From: Sphingomonas sp.
GTDB taxonomy: Bacteria; Pseudomonadota; Alphaproteobacteria; Sphingomonadales; Sphingomonadaceae
Direction of reading: 5' to 3'
Assembly: GCF_017744835.1 (NCBI RefSeq)
Contig: NZ_JAGIAM010000006.1
Coordinates: 148,383-212,382 of the forward strand
DNA: 64,000 bases
Shown here: piece by piece, positions 55,227 to 64,000 of the stretch
Position numbering within the stretch: position 1 is the first letter of the stretch
How the letters are laid out: each line of letters starts with the position of its first letter
Translations under genes and position numbers: made by a program
The notes under the pieces: generated by a model
Seen by the model: only the letters and a program-made list of their open reading frames with translations
Databases searched by the model: none
Told to the model about the DNA's origin: nothing

Positions 55227-55272
55227 GGAGGTCGCCGGGTGCCCTGATGGGCCCCGGCGGCCTCTTTCATTT
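55227..55272 (+). terminator. Intrinsic terminator
   Basis: GAGGTCGCCGGG...CCCGGCGGCCTC followed by TTTCATTTT. Confidence 0.8.
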
Positions 55273-55391
55273 TGAAGGCGTCGGCCGTAACATCGTTCCG
55301 CTCGCGTGACTGACGCTGAAGATGGGGCACCATCGGGGAGCGCGGGCTTGAGCGCCGCGCGTCTGGGCTTCACCGAAACGGGAGAAAGCCC

Positions 55392-56024
55392 ATGCCGCAT
55401 TCGAGCAACCTTCTCGCCTTCGCCTTGGTGTCGCTGGGGATGGTCCTCACCCCTGGGCCCAACATGGTCTACCTCGTCTCGCGCTCGATCTGCCAGGGCC
55501 GCGCCGCGGGGCTGGTATCGCTCGCCGGCGTGCTGGCGGGCTTCCTCTTCTATATGGTCTGCGCCGCGCTCGGCGTGACTGCGCTGCTGCTCGCGGTGCC
55601 GCTCGCCTATGACGCGATCCGCCTCGCCGGCGCCGCCTATCTGCTGTGGCTGGCGTGGCGCGCGGTGCGGCCCGGCGGGCATTCGCCGTTCGAGGTCCGC
55701 ACCCTGCCCGTCGACGGTCCGCGCCGACTGTTCCTGATGGGGCTGCTCACCAACCTGCTCAATCCCAAGATCGCCGTCATGTACCTCTCGCTGCTGCCGC
55801 AGTTCATCGATCCGGCGCAGGGAAGCGTGCTCGCCCAGTCGCTCGCGCTCGGCGGCACGCAGATCGCGGTCAGCATGGCGGTCAACGCGCTGATCGTCGT
55901 CTCCGCGGCCTCGGTGGCGCGCTTCCTCGCCGAGCGGCCCGGCTGGGCGCAGCTCCAGCGCTGGCTGATGGGCACGGTCCTCGCGGGCCTCGCGGTCCGC
56001 ATGGCGACCGAGGCCCGGCGCTAG
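55392..56024 (+). CDS. LysE/RhtB-family amino-acid exporter
   Basis: LTPGPNMVYLVSRS..QGRAAG, GAAYLLWLAW, GLLTNLLNPKIA. Confidence 0.92.
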   Translation: MPHSSNLLAFALVSLGMVLTPGPNMVYLVSRSICQGRAAGLVSLAGVLAGFLFYMVCAALGVTALLLAVPLAYDAIRLAGAAYLLWLAWRAVRPGGHSPFEVRTLPVDGPRRLFLMGLLTNLLNPKIAVMYLSLLPQFIDPAQGSVLAQSLALGGTQIAVSMAVNALIVVSAASVARFLAERPGWAQLQRWLMGTVLAGLAVRMATEARR

Positions 56025-56244
56025 TCGCGCACGATCGGATGCTGGCCGCGCAGCCGGTCGGCGACGCGCTCGACCGCGGCATTCTCCGCCGCGGTCCCGT
56101 GCGGCGTGAAGCTCCAGTTGCAGTGCGGATGCGTGTCCTCGCTGTAGAGCCGCGCCTCGCCCAGCACGCCCCGCCAACGCCGGCGGTTGCCGCCCAGCTC
56201 GCGGAGCAGCGTGGTCACGAACAGGTCGGCCAGCTCGGCGGTGG

Positions 56245-56248
<4 letters not shown>
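56021..56248 (-). CDS. Small hypothetical protein (75 aa) translationally coupled to mutS
   Basis: ATG 56248 overlaps the mutS TGA (ATGA); sequence contains THPHCNW. Confidence 0.6.
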
Positions 56249-58848
<2,600 letters not shown>

Positions 58849-58938
58849 GCGCCCACGACGTAGCCGAACCGGCCCGACGATCAACACCCGCGGCGCCTAT
58901 TTCCTGGGGACAAGTCCGTTCCGCGCGCACTACGGTGA

Positions 58939-58952
58939 TGGTAGCGCTATCA
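58939..58952. promoter_or_regulatory. LacI-family operator TGGTAGCGCTATCA between mutS and maeB
   Basis: Exact reverse complement of the 41326 site, 67 nt before the maeB start. Confidence 0.65.
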
Positions 58953-59019
58953 TTTTTCCCAATCACTGTGTTGCGGCCCCCGGATGCCGCTCCTAAAGGA
59001 CGTTCTCAGGGAGAGATGC

Positions 59020-61278
59020 ATGGCAGAGGAATCGAACGTCCAGTTCTCGGAGCGCGAGGCGCTACTTTACCATTCCGAGGGCCGGCCGGGCAAAATCGAG
59101 ATCATCGCGTCCAAGCCGATGGCGACGCAGCGCGACCTCGCGCTCGCCTATTCGCCGGGCGTGGCTGTGCCGGTCCGCGCGATCGCCGACGATCCGGCGA
59201 CGGCCTATGACTATACCGCCAAGGGCAATCTCGTCGCCGTCATCTCCAACGGCACTGCGATCCTCGGCCTCGGCAACCTCGGCGCGCTCGCGTCCAAGCC
59301 CGTGATGGAAGGCAAGGCAGTCCTCTTCAAGCGCTTTGCGGACGTCGATTCGATCGACATCGAATTGAAGACCGAGGACGTGAACCGCTTCATCGACGCG
59401 GTCGAGCTGATGGAGCCGAGCTTCGGCGGCATCAACCTCGAGGACATCAAGTCCCCCGAATGTTTCGTGATCGAGCAGACCCTGCGCGAGCGCATGAACA
59501 TCCCGGTGTTCCATGACGACCAGCATGGCACTGCGATCATCGCCGCCGCGGGCCTGATCAACGCGCTCCACCTCACCGGCCGCGACATCCGCCACACCAA
59601 GGTGGTGATGCTGGGTGCCGGCGCCGCCGCGATCGCCTGTGCCGAGCTCATCAAGGCGATGGGGCTGCCGCACGACAATCTGCTGATGCTCGATCTCCAG
59701 GGCGTGATCTACCAGGGTCGCGAAGAGGGGATGAACCAGTGGAAGTCGGCGCACGCCGTCGCCACCGACAAGCGCACGCTCGCCGACGCGCTCGACGGCG
59801 CGGACGTGTTCCTCGGCCTCGCCTCGGCCAATTCGCTTCCGCCCGAGCTGCTCAAGACGATGGCGCCCAAGCCGATCGTCTTCGCCATGTCGAACCCCGA
59901 TCCCGAGATCCCGGTGCCGGTCGCCAAGGCCGCGCGCCCCGATGCGATCATCGCCACCGGCCGTTCGGACTATCCGAACCAGGTCAACAACGTGCTCGGC
60001 TTCCCCTTCATCTTCCGCGGCGCGCTCGACGTCCGCGCGACGACGATCAACGACGCGATGAAGATCGCCGCCGCCCGCGCGCTCGCCGAGCTCGCCCGCC
60101 AGCAGGTGCCCGAGGAAGTGGCGCTGGCGTACGGCGTGCACCACAGCTTCGGCCCCGATTACATCATTCCCGCGCCCTTCGATCCGCGGCTGATGGAGAT
60201 CGTCCCCGTCGCCGTCGCCCAGGCCGCGATGGATTCGGGCGTCGCGACCAAGCCGATCGTCGACATGGCGGCCTATCGCCAGTCGCTCCGCGCACGCCTC
60301 AACCCCACCACTTCGGTGCTTAGCCTCGCCTATGAGGGCGCCCGCGCGCACCCCAAGCGCGTGATCTTCGCCGAGGGCGAGGAGGAAGTGGTGCTGCGTG
60401 CCGCGATCGCCTTCAAGGAAGGTGGTTACGGCACGCCGGTGCTGGTCGGCCGCGAGTCCGTGCTCGACCGGCTCCGCGCGCTCGGCGCCAATCCCGAGGA
60501 GTTCGAGCTCCACAACAGCGTCAATTCGCCGCTGGTGCCCGAGATGGTCGAGTTCCTCTACAAGCGCCTGCAGCGCCGCGGCTATCTGCGCCGCGACGTC
60601 GAGCGGATCGTCAACCGCGACCGCAACATCTTCGGCTCGCTGCTGCTCCAGCTAGGCCAGGCCGATGCCATGATCACCGGCGTCACGCGCACCTGGGCCG
60701 AGACGATGCGTCAGGTGAAGCGCGTGATCGATCCGGTCCCGGGCCGCATCCCCTTCGGCATCCATGTCCTCGTCGGCCAGTCGCACACCGTGTTCATCGC
60801 CGACACGACGGTGAACGAGCGCCCGACCGCCGAGGAGCTGGCGATGATCGCCGAGGGCACTGCGCAGGTCGCGCGCCGCATGGGCCAGGAGCCGCGCGTC
60901 GCCTTCCTCAGCTATTCGAACTTCGGCAATCCCGAGGGCCGCTGGCTCGACAACGTCCGCGGCGCGATCAAGCTGCTCGACGAGCAGGGCGCCGAATTCG
61001 AATATGAAGGCGAGATGTCGCCCGACGTCGCGCTCAACCCGCGCCAGATCAGCAACTATCCCTTCGCGCGCCTCTCGGGCCCGGCGAACGTGCTGATCAT
61101 GCCGGGGCTCCAGTCGGCCAACATCTCGGCCAAGCTGCTGCGCGAGCTGGGCGGCGACTCCACGATCGGCCCGATGCTGATCGGCATGGAGAAGCCGGTC
61201 CAGATCGCCCCGATGACCAGCACCGCCAGCGAGCTGGTGACGCTGGCCGTTCTCGCCGCAGGCGGCATCGCGCGCTGA
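59020..61278 (+). CDS. maeB: NADP-dependent malic enzyme with phosphotransacetylase-like domain
   Basis: LALAYSPGVA, VISNGTAILGLG, KPVMEGK, INLEDIK, FHDDQHGT, GAGAAA, NPDPEI, RSDYPNQVNN; PTA domain RVIFAEGEE...NVLIMP. Confidence 0.96.
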   Translation: MAEESNVQFSEREALLYHSEGRPGKIEIIASKPMATQRDLALAYSPGVAVPVRAIADDPATAYDYTAKGNLVAVISNGTAILGLGNLGALASKPVMEGKAVLFKRFADVDSIDIELKTEDVNRFIDAVELMEPSFGGINLEDIKSPECFVIEQTLRERMNIPVFHDDQHGTAIIAAAGLINALHLTGRDIRHTKVVMLGAGAAAIACAELIKAMGLPHDNLLMLDLQGVIYQGREEGMNQWKSAHAVATDKRTLADALDGADVFLGLASANSLPPELLKTMAPKPIVFAMSNPDPEIPVPVAKAARPDAIIATGRSDYPNQVNNVLGFPFIFRGALDVRATTINDAMKIAAARALAELARQQVPEEVALAYGVHHSFGPDYIIPAPFDPRLMEIVPVAVAQAAMDSGVATKPIVDMAAYRQSLRARLNPTTSVLSLAYEGARAHPKRVIFAEGEEEVVLRAAIAFKEGGYGTPVLVGRESVLDRLRALGANPEEFELHNSVNSPLVPEMVEFLYKRLQRRGYLRRDVERIVNRDRNIFGSLLLQLGQADAMITGVTRTWAETMRQVKRVIDPVPGRIPFGIHVLVGQSHTVFIADTTVNERPTAEELAMIAEGTAQVARRMGQEPRVAFLSYSNFGNPEGRWLDNVRGAIKLLDEQGAEFEYEGEMSPDVALNPRQISNYPFARLSGPANVLIMPGLQSANISAKLLRELGGDSTIGPMLIGMEKPVQIAPMTSTASELVTLAVLAAGGIAR

Positions 61279-61285
61279 AATCCAG

Positions 61286-61338
61286 ATCCTCCCCGAGCTC
61301 GCTCGGGGAGAGGGAGCGCGCCAGCGCGGTGGAGGGGG
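61286..61338 (+). repeat. REP/CIR-like palindromic intergenic element
   Basis: CTCCCCGAGC-tc-GCTCGGGGAG, then GCGCG-cca-GCGCGGTGGAGGGGG, like 51029-51077. Confidence 0.55.
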
Positions 61339-61374
61339 CGCACCGCAGGCGCGGTGATCCCCGCTCACAACACT

Positions 61375-61779
61375 TCAAAGGTGCCGCGTCTCGGCCGGGG
61401 TCTCCCACCAGAGATTGTCGCGCCCGTTCGAATAACGCACCGGCGCCGCCGCCAACTCGGCGTCGGTCGCGTCGTCGAGCGATCCCAGCTGCACCGACAC
61501 GAACGCCCCGCCGATCTCGGCCACGTCGCCCGTGCTGAACGGTGCGCAGCCGCAGGTTGCGCAGAATCGGTGGTTCCCCTGGCCGGTCGCGAAGGAATAG
61601 TCGCTCAGCGCCGCCTCGCCCTGCAGCAGCCGGAAGGCGTCGGGCTTGATCAGCGCGCCCCAGTTGCGCCGTTTGGTGCAGATCGAGCAATTGCATCGGC
61701 CCGTCCCCGCCTCCAGGTCGATGTCGGCCGCGAAGCGCACCGCGCCGCAGTGGCAGCTGCCATGATAGGTCTTGAGCAT
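61375..61779 (-). CDS. GFA/CENP-V family Zn-binding protein
   Basis: [26 protein letters not shown]. Confidence 0.9.
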   Translation of the reverse strand: MLKTYHGSCHCGAVRFAADIDLEAGTGRCNCSICTKRRNWGALIKPDAFRLLQGEAALSDYSFATGQGNHRFCATCGCAPFSTGDVAEIGGAFVSVQLGSLDDATDAELAAAPVRYSNGRDNLWWETPAETRHL

Positions 61780-61814
61780 CGTCGATCTCCCTCATCTCTG
61801 TCGAGACTCGACAT

Positions 61815-61856
61815 ACTGCCACACTGCTGACAGCGTGCTGGCAGCAGCATGGCAGT
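61815..61856. promoter_or_regulatory. Long imperfect palindrome, candidate WYL-regulator operator
   Basis: CTGCTGACAGC-gt-GCTGGCAGCAG, flanked by ACTGCCA...TGGCAGT, between the divergent GFA and WYL genes. Confidence 0.6.
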
Positions 61857-61868
61857 AGAAGGTGCCAC

Positions 61869-62618
61869 ATGCGAAAGGCCGACCGCCTCTTCCAGATCGT
61901 CCAGATCCTGCGCCGCAGCAGCCGCCCGGTCACCGCCGAGGCGATTGCCGAGGAGCTCGAGACCTCGAAGCGCTCGGTCTATCGCGACATCGCGGCGCTG
62001 ATCGGCCAGCGTGTGCCGGTCCGCGGCGAGGCGGGGATCGGCTATGTCCTCGATCGCGGCTTCGACTTGCCGCCGCTGATGCTCACCACCGACGAGATCG
62101 ACGCCGTCGCGCTGGGCGCGCAATGGGTGGCGGGCCATGCCGATCCCGCGCTCGCCCGCGCCGCCCGCGACGTGCTCGCCAAGATCGCGAGCGTGTTGCC
62201 CGAGGATATGCGCGCCTTCCTCGACGATCCCGCCGCCGGCACTCCACCCGCCTGGAACGCGCCCACCGACACGGTCGACGCCGCTGCCCTTCGCACCGCG
62301 ATCCGCAGCGCGCGCAAACTAGCGCTCCGCTACTGCGACGAAGCCGGTCGCAGGAGCGAGCGCAAGGTCTGGCCGCTGGTGATCGGCTATCACGACGCCG
62401 CGCGCGTCCTCATCGCCTGGTGCGAGCTTCGCGAGGACTTCCGCAGCTTCCGCCTCGATCGCATCGCCGCCGCCGACTTCCTCGACGAGCGCATCCCGCA
62501 AGACCCCGCCGCGCTGCGCCGCCGCTGGCGATCCACGCTTGTGGGTGAAGCGCGGGCGGCGGACGGATCCTCCCCCATTCCGAAGCACGATATAAAGAAA
62601 TCTTTATATCACCCTTGA
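61869..62618 (+). CDS. YafY-like HTH-WYL-WCX transcriptional regulator
   Basis: MRKADRLFQIVQIL, TSKRSVYRDIAAL, GEAGIGY, LPPLMLT, LRYCD, LIAWCELREDFRSFRLDRI. Confidence 0.92.
   Translation: MRKADRLFQIVQILRRSSRPVTAEAIAEELETSKRSVYRDIAALIGQRVPVRGEAGIGYVLDRGFDLPPLMLTTDEIDAVALGAQWVAGHADPALARAARDVLAKIASVLPEDMRAFLDDPAAGTPPAWNAPTDTVDAAALRTAIRSARKLALRYCDEAGRRSERKVWPLVIGYHDAARVLIAWCELREDFRSFRLDRIAAADFLDERIPQDPAALRRRWRSTLVGEARAADGSSPIPKHDIKKSLYHP
62589..62610. promoter_or_regulatory. Perfect AT-rich palindrome GATATAAAGA-AA-TCTTTATATC, probable SahR-type operator of metE
   Basis: 10-bp perfect arms directly upstream of TTGACG (62615-62620). The SahR assignment is from recalled motif similarity. Confidence 0.6.
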
Positions 62619-62644
62619 CGCGCCGACCCGGCGGGCGGATGCTA

Positions 62645-62830
62645 AGCGAGTCGAGGTTCTCCCGCCGGTCCAGTCCGTGCGGGAGCTAAGACGGGAAGCC
62701 GGTGCGAGACCGGCGCTGCCCCCGCAACTGTAAGCGGCGAGCGGCGATCCACCATGTCACTGAGGGGCTCGCCCCTTGGGAAGACGGATCGTCCGCGCTG
62801 ACCCGTGAGCCAGGAGACCTGCCTCCGACG
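62645..62830 (+). ncRNA. Cobalamin (AdoCbl) riboswitch
   Basis: AGGTTC...CTAAGACGGGAAGCCGGTG..A.ACCGGCGCTGCCCCCGCAACTGTAA...CACTG...GGGAAG...GAGCCAGGAGACCTGCC (B12 box), directly 5' of metE. Confidence 0.95.
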
Positions 62831-62936
62831 CGATAACGTCCACCGGCGGGGTGCCCGGTCTGGTCGCTGACATGCCGTGGCCGGGCAACCGTCCGCGCGT
62901 GCCCGTGTCCAGTCTCGCCCCGTCCTTCATCGGGGT

Positions 62937-64000
62937 ATGAAGACCATGACCGTCACTGTTGCCACGCTCGGTTTCCCGCGGATCGGTCCGCGGCGCGAGC
63001 TGAAGTTCGCGCTCGAGAAATTCTGGAGCGGCAAGTCTTCCGAAGAGGAACTGCTCGAAGCCGCCGCCGGGCTGCGCGCCGCCGCCTGGGCGCGCCAGTC
63101 CGCGCTCGGCGCCGACTGGCTGCCGAGCAACGACTTCTCGCTCTACGATCACGTGCTCGACACCAGCCTGATGCTCGGCGCCGTGCCCGAGCGCTACGGC
63201 GTCGCGCCCGGCACTGCCGACCTGGGCACCTATTTCGCGATGGCGCGTGGGACCACCGGCGAGACGCCGGGCTGCGCGCACGGCCATGGCCACACCGCGC
63301 AGGAAATGACCAAATGGTTCGACACCAACTACCATTACATGGTGCCCGAGCTGGTCGCGGGGCAGAAGCTTTCGCTCTCGTCCGCCAAGGTCGTCGACGA
63401 ATATCGCGAGGCGCGGGCGCTCGGCTATGACACGCGGCCGGTGCTGCTCGGGCCGATCACCTGGCTGAGCCTGGCCAAGGGCCGCGGCGTCGATCCCTTC
63501 GACTTCCTCGACGACGTGCTCGGCCTCTATTCGGCGCTGCTCACGCAGCTTGCCCATGCCGGTGCCGAATGGGTGCAGATCGACGAGCCGGTGCTCGCGC
63601 TCGACCTCAGCGATCGCCAGCGCAGTGCGATCACCCGCGCCTATGCCAAGCTGCCGCGGCTGGGCGTGAAGATCATGCTCGCCACCTATTTCGGCGGGCT
63701 CGAGAATAATCTGCCGCTGGCGGCGAACCTGCCCGTCGCCGGGCTGCACGTCGATCTCGTCCGCGGCCCCGACCAGCTCGACAAGCTGCTCGTCGCGGTG
63801 CCCAGGGGGATGCTGCTCTCGCTGGGGGTGATCGACGGCCGCAATATCTGGCGCGCCGACCTGGAGGCCTTGCTCGACCGGCTCGAGCCCGTCGCCGCAA
63901 CACGCGACCTCGTCCTCGCCCCCTCCTGCTCGCTGCTCCATGTGCCCGTCGACCTGGCGCTGGAGAGCAAGCTCGATGCCGAGATCACTCAGTGGCTCGC
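62937..64000 (+). CDS. metE: Cobalamin-independent methionine synthase, 3'-truncated by window edge (absent from the ORF track)
   Basis: ATLGFPRIGPRRELKFALEKFW, PSNDFSLYDHVLD, EMTKWFDTNYHYMVPE, WVQIDEP, GVIDGRNIWRAD, LAPSCSLLHVP. Confidence 0.97.
   Translation, partial: MKTMTVTVATLGFPRIGPRRELKFALEKFWSGKSSEEELLEAAAGLRAAAWARQSALGADWLPSNDFSLYDHVLDTSLMLGAVPERYGVAPGTADLGTYFAMARGTTGETPGCAHGHGHTAQEMTKWFDTNYHYMVPELVAGQKLSLSSAKVVDEYREARALGYDTRPVLLGPITWLSLAKGRGVDPFDFLDDVLGLYSALLTQLAHAGAEWVQIDEPVLALDLSDRQRSAITRAYAKLPRLGVKIMLATYFGGLENNLPLAANLPVAGLHVDLVRGPDQLDKLLVAVPRGMLLSLGVIDGRNIWRADLEALLDRLEPVAATRDLVLAPSCSLLHVPVDLALESKLDAEITQWL

Overview
High-GC alphaproteobacterial chromosome segment. Gene set and repeats suggest Sphingomonadaceae (inference). 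Positions 1-32 kb and 38.8-47.2 kb form a large plant-hemicellulose utilization region: GH51, three GH43, two GH3, two GH31, GH29, GH115, a TonB-dependent receptor (TBDR), and a Tat-exported Gfo oxidoreductase, GntP permease and lactonase. Embedded in it is an oxidative module of unknown function: four tandem flavin-halogenase homologues (three intact, one catalytically degenerate), a JmjC/cupin dioxygenase, a SapC-family protein and a DUF6445-like 2OG-Fe(II) oxygenase. A LacI-type palindrome (near TGGTAGCGCTAMCA) recurs at the TBDR promoter, at two other glycan promoters and, unexpectedly, before malic enzyme. The rest is mostly core genes: LysR/AKR/MFS, an OmpR-type two-component pair, NUDIX, CHAP, uvrB, LysE, mutS, maeB, GFA/WYL, and cobalamin riboswitch plus metE (truncated by the window). 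Intergenic DNA also holds a LexA-boxed small ORF before uvrB, a 36-bp triple-repeat motif present twice, a structured RNA or 18-aa ORF with a 14-nt perfect Shine-Dalgarno, an EcfG promoter and a SahR-like operator. No rRNA, tRNA, CRISPR array or transposase was seen. All family calls come from motif recognition by eye, not database searches.
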